Shown here: positions 1-7,833 of the stretch, piece after piece
How the letters are laid out: each line of letters opens with the position of its first letter
How positions within the stretch are numbered: position 1 is the first letter of the stretch
NCBI GenBank assembly: GCA_944389475.1
Contig: CALXMM010000001.1
Span: 8,721-72,720 of the forward strand
Direction of reading: 5' to 3'
DNA: 64,000 nucleotides
Source: an uncultured Clostridia bacterium
GTDB taxonomy: Bacteria; Bacillota; Clostridia; TANB77; CAG-508
Made by a program: the position numbers and the translations under genes
The notes under the pieces: generated by a model
What the model was told of the DNA's origin: nothing
The model's database searches: none
What the model saw: the letters and a program-made list of their open reading frames with translations, nothing else

Positions 1-17
1 AAAATAGTACTTCAGAA

Positions 18-1022
18 ATGAATGAATTAATTAAGAATATTGCAACTTTAAAAGATGGATTATTTGCAGTAAAACAAGGAACTGAAACTTTATCTAATGG
101 TGTATCTACTTTGAAAAATGGAACAAATCAAGTACTAAATGGATCACAATCCTTAGAGCAAGGGCTTCAAACTTTGAGTAGTAGTTCTGGAAATGTAAAA
201 GAAGCTTTAAATCAATTAGATGAGGGAAGTAAATCAGCTGTTGATGGAAGTAAGAGACTTTTAGATGGTGTAAAAACGTTTAAGACCGAAATTAATAATG
301 GATTAGAAAAATCAAAAGTTGAATTATCAAAATTAAATGGTTTAAATGATTTTGTTTCTGAACCAGTTGTTATTAATGAAGAGCCTTATGGAGAGGTTGA
401 TTCATATGGTATTGCATTTACTCCATTGTTTTTATCTATAGGATTGTGGGTTGGAGCATTAATGTGTTATGTTGTTTTATATTATGATCAAAAACATAGA
501 TTTGGAAAATTTGATTATACTTATAAAAATAAATTAGCTCAAAACTTATTATATATTGCAATTGGCATTGTAGAAGGTATTGTCACTGGATTGTTATTAA
601 AATTGGGATTAGAATTTAATGTTGCTAATATGGGAATATATATAGCAGAATGTGCAATTGTTGGAGCTATATTTATGACTATTATACAATTTTTAATTAG
701 AAATTTTGGAGATATTGGTAAATTTTTAGCTTTAATTATATTAGTATTACAATTGGCTGCATCTGGTGGTACTTTCCCAGTTGAAACTATTGATAAAGGG
801 TTTAGATTTTTAAATCCATTACTACCTATGACATATAGTATTAAAATATTTAAAGAGTGTCTTGTTCAAACAAGTAATAACTTTATAGGAAAAAATACAT
901 TAATACTTGTATTAATCGGTTTAGCACTAGGAACAATTACTTTAATAGTTGAAATAGTAAAACATAAGGGAAATTCTAAAAAAGAAATTGAAAACAATAA
1001 TGAAAAAGTAACAGGAGCCTAA
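18..1022 (+). CDS. YhgE/Pip family membrane protein, C-terminal part (probably 5'-truncated by the window edge)
   Basis: Helical L-x-x-G-x-x-x-L repeats, then YGIAFTPLFLSIGLWVG and LQLAASGGTFP motifs with several TM helices. Confidence 0.85.
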   Translation: MNELIKNIATLKDGLFAVKQGTETLSNGVSTLKNGTNQVLNGSQSLEQGLQTLSSSSGNVKEALNQLDEGSKSAVDGSKRLLDGVKTFKTEINNGLEKSKVELSKLNGLNDFVSEPVVINEEPYGEVDSYGIAFTPLFLSIGLWVGALMCYVVLYYDQKHRFGKFDYTYKNKLAQNLLYIAIGIVEGIVTGLLLKLGLEFNVANMGIYIAECAIVGAIFMTIIQFLIRNFGDIGKFLALIILVLQLAASGGTFPVETIDKGFRFLNPLLPMTYSIKIFKECLVQTSNNFIGKNTLILVLIGLALGTITLIVEIVKHKGNSKKEIENNNEKVTGA

Positions 1023-1058
1023 GTAATTATCCCCCAGCTAAGCTGGGGGATAATTACT
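1022..1058 (+). terminator. Long perfect inverted repeat, probable terminator
   Basis: AGTAATTATCCCCCAGCT-A-AGCTGGGGGATAATTACT directly after the stop codon. Confidence 0.8.
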
Positions 1059-1269
1059 GTATAATAACGAAAATAGAAAAACTATAATATAGTTTTTTCA
1101 AATTTTGTTGGTTTCAAAGACAAAAAAATGATTGTGTGATATAATTCAATAGAAGACAATTTATCTAAACAATTAAAATTCATATTTTTACAACAAGACG
1201 ACAATTAAATAGATGGTAAAAAAATCAATCTAATAGAAAAATAGATTGTTAAATTATAAGGAGATTATT

Positions 1270-2367
1270 ATGGCAAATATAATTGATTATGTTGAATGGA
1301 GAGGAGATTTAAACTTAAATAAAACGGAGTTTAATGAAATAGATAGTTTAATATTAAATAGATTTTCGTATTTTCCGTTAGATAATCTAATAAACAAAAA
1401 TGAAATGGTATCAATAAAAGAATTAAGTGAAAGATTTAAAAAAGCAGATAAAAAGCAAATGAGAATTCTTTGGAAGGATGATGCAGATTTATTTCCAATA
1501 ATGGGCAATAGTAAAAGGTTTGGTGAAATGTTAGCTTTAGAATACATAAATAAAATAGATCCAGAACAAGAAAAACAATTTTCTGCTATTACAGTAATTT
1601 TACCTGATGATACACTTTATATTTCATATAGAGGAACTGACAATACATTAATTGGTTGGAAAGAAGATTTCAATATAAGCTTTAAAAGCCACATTGCATC
1701 ACAAATTTCTGCAAAAAAGTATTTGGAAAATATTGCAAAAAAATATCCATATAAAAAAATAAGAATAGGAGGCCATTCAAAAGGAGGAAATTTAGCAGTT
1801 TATGCTTCTGTTTTTGTTGATTCTGAAATACAAAAAAGAATTATTAATGTTTATAATAATGATGGTCCAGGTTTTCATGAAGATATAATAAATACTGAAG
1901 AATATAAGAGAGTAATTAATAAAGTAACAACATATATTCCACAAGATTCAATATTTGGAATGTTATTAAATCATGAGGAAAAATATACGATAGTTCAAAG
2001 TAATGAAAAAGGGTTAATGGAACATGATGCATATTCTTGGCAAGTATTAGGAAAAAAATTTGTTGTATTAAAGGAAGTTACAAATGAAAGTAAATTTATA
2101 GATAAGACAATTAAGAATTGGTTGAAAGATTTAGATATGGATACAAGGCAACAGGTGATAGACATTGTTTTTGAAATTCTTAATTCTACAAATTCAAAGA
2201 CAATACAAGATTTAAAATTTTCATTAGTAAAAAATGCAAGAATAATTTTATCTTCATATAAGCAAATAACCCCTGAGAATAAAAAAATGATAGAAGCTAC
2301 AGTAACTGCACTTCTTGGAATAGTTAAAGAAAATGTTAAAGCAGAATATAAAAAAATTAAATTTTAA
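1270..2367 (+). CDS. DUF2974 / Mbeg1-like alpha/beta hydrolase (lipase-like)
   Basis: MANIIDYVEWRGD N-terminus, YRGTD and GHSKGG nucleophile elbow; AAGGAG RBS before ATG 1270. Confidence 0.85.
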   Translation: MANIIDYVEWRGDLNLNKTEFNEIDSLILNRFSYFPLDNLINKNEMVSIKELSERFKKADKKQMRILWKDDADLFPIMGNSKRFGEMLALEYINKIDPEQEKQFSAITVILPDDTLYISYRGTDNTLIGWKEDFNISFKSHIASQISAKKYLENIAKKYPYKKIRIGGHSKGGNLAVYASVFVDSEIQKRIINVYNNDGPGFHEDIINTEEYKRVINKVTTYIPQDSIFGMLLNHEEKYTIVQSNEKGLMEHDAYSWQVLGKKFVVLKEVTNESKFIDKTIKNWLKDLDMDTRQQVIDIVFEILNSTNSKTIQDLKFSLVKNARIILSSYKQITPENKKMIEATVTALLGIVKENVKAEYKKIKF

Positions 2368-2451
2368 GTAAATAACAAATTACAAGTTGTAAAGAAAATC
2401 AAATTAATATAAATTTAAATAAATTAAAATTAAAAAAGAAGGAAATTTTAT

Positions 2452-2883
2452 TTGAATAATAGCTTGGATTTAAATTTTAATGAGATAGTCAATATGATAG
2501 AAACAAGAAGAAATAATACTTACAAAAAAGTTAATGAAGAATTAATTTCTTTATACTGGGACTTTGGAAAATATATCAGTGAAAAAGTTAATGATAATAA
2601 TTGGGGAGATAAAATTGTAGATAAATTAGCAGAATTTATGAAAAGAGAATATCCAACAATGAAGGGATTTAATCGTGCAGGAATTTATAGAATGAAACAA
2701 TTTTATGAAACTTATAAAGATAATGAAATTGTCGCTCCACTGGTGAGACAAATTAGTTGGACTAATAGTGTTTTAATATTAGGTGCTACAAAAACAATGG
2801 AAGAAAAAGAATTTTATATAAAAATGTGCATAAAAAATAATTATTCAAAAAGAGAATTTGATAGACAAAGTTCAAAAAGTTAA
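2452..2883 (+). pseudogene. Truncated DUF1016/YhcG family gene (N-terminal domain only, PD-(D/E)XK domain missing)
   Basis: LYWDFGKYI, WGDKIV, MKQFY and QISWT motifs; ORF stops at 143 aa just after running into a palindromic repeat remnant at 2866. Confidence 0.75.
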
Positions 2884-2921
2884 CGTAAAATTTGAACTTT
2901 AAGGTCCGTCCCTAAAGTTCA
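2866..2921. repeat. REP-like palindrome, 1.5 copies
   Basis: Half copy CAAAGTTCAAAAAGT (2866-2880) plus full copy TGAACTTT-AAGGTCCGTCCCT-AAAGTTCA (2893-2921), matching copies at 29395-29474. Confidence 0.8.
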
Positions 2922-3019
2922 CTATTGACAAAAAGGAGAATTAATAGTAAAATGTTAGCGAACGCTAACAATGATAAAAATAAGTAAAAAAATATATAGA
3001 CTTTGAGAAGGAGGAAAAT

Positions 3020-3739
3020 ATGTTAGAATTAAAAAATATTTGTTTTACAAGGGATAATAAAAAAATACTAGATAACATTAACTTAAAAATAGATAATAAT
3101 AAATTTATAGCAATAACAGGACCAAACGGTTCTGGTAAATCAACACTTGTAAAAATGATAATGGGAATAGAAAAACCTGATTCAGGAGAAATTTTCTTTG
3201 ATGGAAAAGATATTACTAATTTAGAAATAAATGAAAGAGCAAATTTAGGAATAAGCTTTGCTTTCCAACAACCAGTTAGGTTTAAAGGAATAACCGTGTA
3301 TGATTTGCTAAAAATTTCAGCTGGAAAACGTATTACTAAAAAAGAAGCTTGCGATGCTTTAGCACAAGTTGGTCTTTGTGCTAAAGAATATGTAGATAGA
3401 GAAGTAAGTGCATCTTTATCTGGAGGAGAATTGAAAAGAATAGAGATTGCAAGCGTAGTATTAAGAAAAACAAAATTAACTATTTTTGATGAGCCAGAAG
3501 CAGGAATAGATTTATGGAGCTTTAACAATTTAATAGAAGTATTCGAAAATCTATTAAAAACAGTTAAAGGAACTACAATAATAATCTCTCACCAAGAAAG
3601 AATATTAAGAATTGCAGATGAAATTATTTTAATGAAGAGAGGAAAAATTGACCAAATTGGAAGCAGTGAAGAGATTCTAGAAAAAACAATAAAACAAAAT
3701 ATAAAATGCTGTAAAAAATTGAAAGAAGGTGTAGAATAA
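3020..3739 (+). CDS. sufC: SufC-like Fe-S cluster assembly ABC ATPase
   Basis: GPNGSGKS, FAFQQPVRFKG, LSGGELKRIE, DEPEAGID; adjacent to a sufB/D-type gene. Confidence 0.85.
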   Translation: MLELKNICFTRDNKKILDNINLKIDNNKFIAITGPNGSGKSTLVKMIMGIEKPDSGEIFFDGKDITNLEINERANLGISFAFQQPVRFKGITVYDLLKISAGKRITKKEACDALAQVGLCAKEYVDREVSASLSGGELKRIEIASVVLRKTKLTIFDEPEAGIDLWSFNNLIEVFENLLKTVKGTTIIISHQERILRIADEIILMKRGKIDQIGSSEEILEKTIKQNIKCCKKLKEGVE

Positions 3740-4687
3740 ATGGCAGATACTAAATTACATGATGAATTGTTAAATAATGTGGATGAAAGCGTATTAGGCG
3801 AGATTACAAAATTAGATGAGCTAAAGACAGGAGCTTTTAATATAAGAAAAAATGGTAAAGGAATAGAAAGAGCAATAACAGAAAATGTTAATATAGTAAC
3901 CAAAACAGACAAACCAGGAATAGATATATATGTTAAGGAAAATACAAAGTTTGATATTGTTCATATTCCAGTAATAATTACAGAAAGTGGATTGAAGGAT
4001 GTTGTATATAATGATTTCTATATAGGAAAAAATGCAAAAGTATATATTGTTGCAGGTTGTGGAATTCACAATGACCACCATAAAGATTCACAACATGATG
4101 GAATTCATAGATTTTTCCTAGAAGAAGGAGCAAATGTAACTTATGTAGAGAAACATTATGGTGAAGGAGAAGGAACAGGAAAGAGAATTCTAAATCCGGT
4201 AACAGAAGTATATTTAAAAAAAGGTAGCCATATGGAAATGGAAAGTGTTCAAATAAAAGGTGTTGACTCTACAATAAGAGAAACCAAGGGTGTTTTAGAG
4301 GAAGATGCGAATTTTGTAGTTACTGAAAAAATAATGACACATGGGGAGCAATTTGCAAAAACTATATTTGATGTAGAATTAAATGGAAGTAATTCAAGTG
4401 CACATGTAACCTCAAGGTCTGTTGCACAAGGACATTCAAAACAATTTTTTATATCTAAAATATATGGAAATGCTAAGTGCTTTTCACATAGTGAATGTGA
4501 TGCTATTATTCAGGATAATGCGATAGTAACAGCAACTCCAGAAGTAACAGCAAATCATGTTGATGCAAACCTTATACATGAAGCAGCAATAGGAAAAATA
4601 GCAGGTGAACAAATTACAAAATTAATGACATTAGGTCTTACAGAAGAACAAGCAGAGCAAGAAATTATTAATGGATTTTTGAGGTAA
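3740..4687 (+). CDS. sufB: SufB/SufD family Fe-S scaffold protein
   Basis: VAGCGIH, HSECDAII and HEAAIGKIAGEQ motifs; starts directly after sufC. Confidence 0.85.
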   Translation: MADTKLHDELLNNVDESVLGEITKLDELKTGAFNIRKNGKGIERAITENVNIVTKTDKPGIDIYVKENTKFDIVHIPVIITESGLKDVVYNDFYIGKNAKVYIVAGCGIHNDHHKDSQHDGIHRFFLEEGANVTYVEKHYGEGEGTGKRILNPVTEVYLKKGSHMEMESVQIKGVDSTIRETKGVLEEDANFVVTEKIMTHGEQFAKTIFDVELNGSNSSAHVTSRSVAQGHSKQFFISKIYGNAKCFSHSECDAIIQDNAIVTATPEVTANHVDANLIHEAAIGKIAGEQITKLMTLGLTEEQAEQEIINGFLR

Positions 4688-4692
4688 TTATT

Positions 4693-4884
4693 ATGAGTTA
4701 TTTAATAAAAGATACTAGCAAAGAGGAAAGAAAGAAAATTGCTAAAGAAGCATTGGCAATTTCTGTGGCAAGTGATAAAATGCCATCTAAGAAAGTTATT
4801 GAATTAACAAAAGAATATATAAATGGTAAAATCGAATTAGATGAAATAAAAAGAAGAATAATAGAACATTATAGAAAGAGTTGA
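4693..4884 (+). CDS. Small helical protein, VbhA-like antitoxin candidate
   Basis: 63 aa with EYINGKIELDEI C-terminus; 3 nt upstream of a Fic gene. Confidence 0.6.
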   Translation: MSYLIKDTSKEERKKIAKEALAISVASDKMPSKKVIELTKEYINGKIELDEIKRRIIEHYRKS

Positions 4885-4887
4885 ATT

Positions 4888-5577
4888 ATGGATAGTATTT
4901 ATGAATTACCAAACGGAACATTAAAAAATCTATTAGGTATAACAGATTCTGAGGAATTAAAACAAGCAGAAGCAGATATGAGTTTTACAAATTTAATGTA
5001 TCTTCAAGAAGATTTGGCAAAAGAATGTGATGCAGAATTGCTAAAAAAAATAAATCAATGTCTTTTTGGTGATATTTACGAATGGGCAGGAGAATATAGA
5101 AAATATTCTGTTCGTAAAGAGGAAGATGTATTAAATGGAGATAGTGTTAGATATACTTTGCCAGAATCTATAGAGGATGAATTATATATTGTAACAGATG
5201 ATATGAATAATTATAATTGGAAAAATAAGAATATTGATGAAATTTCAGAAAAATTTGCTTATTACTTAGCAAAAATATGGAAAATACATCCTTTTAGAGA
5301 AGGTAATACAAGAACTGTTTTGGGATTTGCAGAAATATTTGCAAAAGAGCATGGATTTGAAATGGACTTGAGTAAAATGATAGATGATTTGGAAAGAATA
5401 GAAGATCCTGAAACAGGAGAAATTAAAAGATATGGACTACGAGATAAATTTGTTTTAGCAAGTTTGGATAATGAAGATGGTCCAGAGCCAGAACATTTAG
5501 AAAGAATAGTAAGAAAATCAATTGTAAGTGGAATAGAAAAAAAGATAGATGAATTAGAGGATTTATTGGATAGGTAA
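4888..5577 (+). CDS. Fic family protein
   Basis: LKNLLGITD N-terminus, LFGDIYEWAGEYR, active-site loop HPFREGNTRT. Confidence 0.9.
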   Translation: MDSIYELPNGTLKNLLGITDSEELKQAEADMSFTNLMYLQEDLAKECDAELLKKINQCLFGDIYEWAGEYRKYSVRKEEDVLNGDSVRYTLPESIEDELYIVTDDMNNYNWKNKNIDEISEKFAYYLAKIWKIHPFREGNTRTVLGFAEIFAKEHGFEMDLSKMIDDLERIEDPETGEIKRYGLRDKFVLASLDNEDGPEPEHLERIVRKSIVSGIEKKIDELEDLLDR

Positions 5578-5623
5578 AAGAAAAAATTGACACAAAATGT
5601 CGAAAAAAGTAAACAATATAAAT

Positions 5624-5652
5624 TTGACTAAAATGGAAATTTATGGTAGAAT
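5624..5652 (+). promoter_or_regulatory. Sigma-A promoter of cassette 1
   Basis: TTGACT-17 bp-TAGAAT with extended TG; perfect Spo0A-box TGTCGAA at 5598-5604 upstream. Confidence 0.7.
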
Positions 5653-5709
5653 AATTATGCATAAACCAAATGGTTTATTTAGTACAAAAGACTACAGAAA
5701 GGGGCTATT

Positions 5710-5937
5710 ATGCCTAGCACAGTGATTTATTCAGGTACTTTTCGTGACAACGAGGGTAATTACTCAGCAAAGGTTGCTGAGAATGGAGAGATTCATGGAC
5801 CCGATGGAACGAAGATGGGGCGAGTTAACAATGCCGGCATAGTTTTTGATGTCGAAGGAAAAAAGGTTGCTACCATCAATCGTTACGGTCGTGTCTTCAA
5901 CCTTCGTGGCCAGCAGATTGGTACTTTCCGCAATTAG
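5710..5937 (+). CDS. Small beta-hairpin-repeat protein (beta-flower-like), cassette 1
   Basis: 75 aa with repeated G-x-[IV]-x-[DG]-x-x-G units; AAAGGGG RBS; own promoter and terminator; GC-rich. Confidence 0.7.
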   Translation: MPSTVIYSGTFRDNEGNYSAKVAENGEIHGPDGTKMGRVNNAGIVFDVEGKKVATINRYGRVFNLRGQQIGTFRN

Positions 5938-5945
5938 TCAACGAT

Positions 5946-5999
5946 AAGAATCAAATTTGATTCTTAAAGGAACATGTTTTTTAAACATGTTCCTTTTTT
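5946..5999 (+). terminator. 20-bp palindrome plus intrinsic terminator
   Basis: AAGAATCAAATTTGATTCTT, then AAAGGAACATGTTT-TTT-AAACATGTTCCTTT and a T tail. Confidence 0.8.
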
Positions 6000-6055
6000 C
6001 CTGTTTTGGTGTTAAATTTAACCTTACACATACCTTTTTTAGGTAATATAATATC

Positions 6056-6084
6056 TTGACTAAATTGTTAATTTATGGTATTAT
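6056..6084 (+). promoter_or_regulatory. Sigma-A promoter of cassette 2
   Basis: TTGACT-17 bp-TATTAT with extended TG; homologous to 5624-5652. Confidence 0.7.
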
Positions 6085-6143
6085 AAATAGTGCATAAACC
6101 AAAAGGTTTATCATGTACAACAGACTATGGAAAGGATATTATT

Positions 6144-6386
6144 ATGCCTACGCGTACTGTGTTTGTTAAGGGTAAGGGCTACGATAGGGATGGCCAGCCT
6201 TGGTTTATTGCCGAGGGCCCCCATGGTGATGTGCTGGATTTCGATACCAAGCGACTTATCATGACTATCAATAACAAGTACGAGATCTTTGGCCTTGATG
6301 GTGCAAAGAGGTACGTTGTCCAGGATGGTGGTGCTATTATTGATCTCCGTAATGGTGGTCGGTGTGGCACCTTCCATAGGTGGTAG
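6144..6386 (+). CDS. Small beta-hairpin-repeat protein, cassette 2 (distant paralog of 5710-5937)
   Basis: 80 aa from ATG 6144 (GAAAGGA RBS); starts MP-[ST] and ends GTF-x like cassette 1; GC-rich. Confidence 0.7.
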   Translation: MPTRTVFVKGKGYDRDGQPWFIAEGPHGDVLDFDTKRLIMTINNKYEIFGLDGAKRYVVQDGGAIIDLRNGGRCGTFHRW

Positions 6387-6393
6387 TCAGAAC

Positions 6394-6449
6394 AAGAATC
6401 AGAATTGATTCTTTAAAGGAGTGTGTTATTTTTATAGCACACTCCATTT
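6394..6449 (+). terminator. Conserved hairpin plus terminator of cassette 2
   Basis: AAGAATCA-GAAT-TGATTCTT, then GGAGTGTGTTAT-TTTT-ATAGCACACTCC. Confidence 0.75.
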
Positions 6450-6596
6450 CTATTATATATTAAAATCTATTTAGAAAAGTTTAAATTTACTTTTCATCAT
6501 ATTATAGTAATATTTAAATTGGTATGATATAATTCTAATTAGTTTGAAAAAGTATATATTATATATTTTTAATCAGCTGGATAGGGTGAAAGATTT

Positions 6597-7550
6597 ATGA
6601 TAAATAAAAATATGGAAGAGAATTATATAAAGCAATATGAAGCAGACAAAGAAATACTTAATAATCAACTTAAAGACTATTATAAAAGAAATAATGAAGC
6701 AATTATAAAGTTTAACGATGCTAAGCAAAATTATGGAACTGAATCCAAAGAATTTAAGCAAGCGTCTGTAGAATTAAGAAAATGGAGTTTTTATATTAGC
6801 CAATCCAATCTGGCTTTAAGATTTATTAGACCAAATAATATAGATGATATAGAGTATAGAAATTACCAATATCAAGAATTTACTACAAGATTGCAATCAG
6901 TTACTTGTATGCCTTTGGATATAAGATATTATGGAGCTACAATTTATAATGCAGAGCAAATAATTAAAAGTAAAAGTATAAAACCTATGCCAGATAGTGA
7001 GAACGAGTATACACAATTTACTGATGTAAGTGGACAAATTCCTGCCTCAACTATACAAAATTTATATAAAATTATAGATTATCATTCAGACATAAAGGCA
7101 TATGAACGCTCATTGCCATGTGGATGTATTTTTGCAATATTTCCAAAAGGAATACAAGATTATCAATCACAGGATTATATAAATGCGGTTGATTTTGGGC
7201 AAAATCCTGAGCGATTATTTGGAATAATTACTACTCCAGAAAACAATGAGTTGGTAAAAAAATGGATGGAAGAAGAAAATTTAAATCCAGAACAGGTATA
7301 TACATTTGAGGAGTATATAAGTCTTGTTCAAGAAAGGTCAACAATATTAGGTGGAGAATTTCCAAAAATGGAAAATATAACAAGTAAAAGAGACAGAAAT
7401 TTTGGAAAAGATGAGATAAAAAAATTAAGTGAAGGAAGAAATATAGAAACTTTAGTAAGAACACAGCAAGACTTAAAACAGGCAATAGACAAAGGAAAAA
7501 ATAATTCAAGAGAGGAAAACGATGAATATGGAGAAACAAGAGATTTATAA
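6597..7550 (+). CDS. Hypothetical protein, possible degenerate ADP-ribosyltransferase-like domain
   Basis: 317-aa ORF with host codon usage; RYYGATIYNAEQIIKS resembles the YHGT...I strand-helix start of ART folds; charged C-terminal tail. Confidence 0.55.
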   Translation: MINKNMEENYIKQYEADKEILNNQLKDYYKRNNEAIIKFNDAKQNYGTESKEFKQASVELRKWSFYISQSNLALRFIRPNNIDDIEYRNYQYQEFTTRLQSVTCMPLDIRYYGATIYNAEQIIKSKSIKPMPDSENEYTQFTDVSGQIPASTIQNLYKIIDYHSDIKAYERSLPCGCIFAIFPKGIQDYQSQDYINAVDFGQNPERLFGIITTPENNELVKKWMEEENLNPEQVYTFEEYISLVQERSTILGGEFPKMENITSKRDRNFGKDEIKKLSEGRNIETLVRTQQDLKQAIDKGKNNSREENDEYGETRDL

Positions 7551-7833
7551 TGCTTCATTAGAAGTATTAAGAGTAATAGAATATTTTGAGCCAGATATCT
7601 CAATGAAAATTCCACAAGATTTTAAATTAAAATTAAAGGAATTAGCAAGTAAAGCTACTAATTATGTTGCAATAGATACAGAAAAAAGTTTAAGTGAACA
7701 AAATATATCTGAGATTGCTAAAGATTTAATTGCATTAATATACTATAGTTATATCGCAACAGACACTGAAAAAATAGCATTAAAAGAATGTTGGAATAAA
7801 AACAGATTAAGGAGCTTTAAATGGAAAAATTAG
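7522..7833 (+). CDS. Hypothetical helical protein
   Basis: 103 aa; AGAGG RBS; overlaps both neighbours. Confidence 0.65.
   Translation: MNMEKQEIYNASLEVLRVIEYFEPDISMKIPQDFKLKLKELASKATNYVAIDTEKSLSEQNISEIAKDLIALIYYSYIATDTEKIALKECWNKNRLRSFKWKN

Noticed and set aside
6090-6143. GTG start giving a 98-aa ORF
   Set aside because: It lies at the predicted transcription start inside the conserved leader; the RBS and homology with cassette 1 point to ATG 6144.
6111-6377. Antisense ORFs over cassette 2
   Set aside because: Expected by-product of higher GC; promoter, RBS and terminator all support the + strand.
5624-6449. Firm call of an integron or DGR
   Set aside because: No integrase, reverse transcriptase or template repeat in the window and no canonical attC boxes; retained only as a hypothesis.
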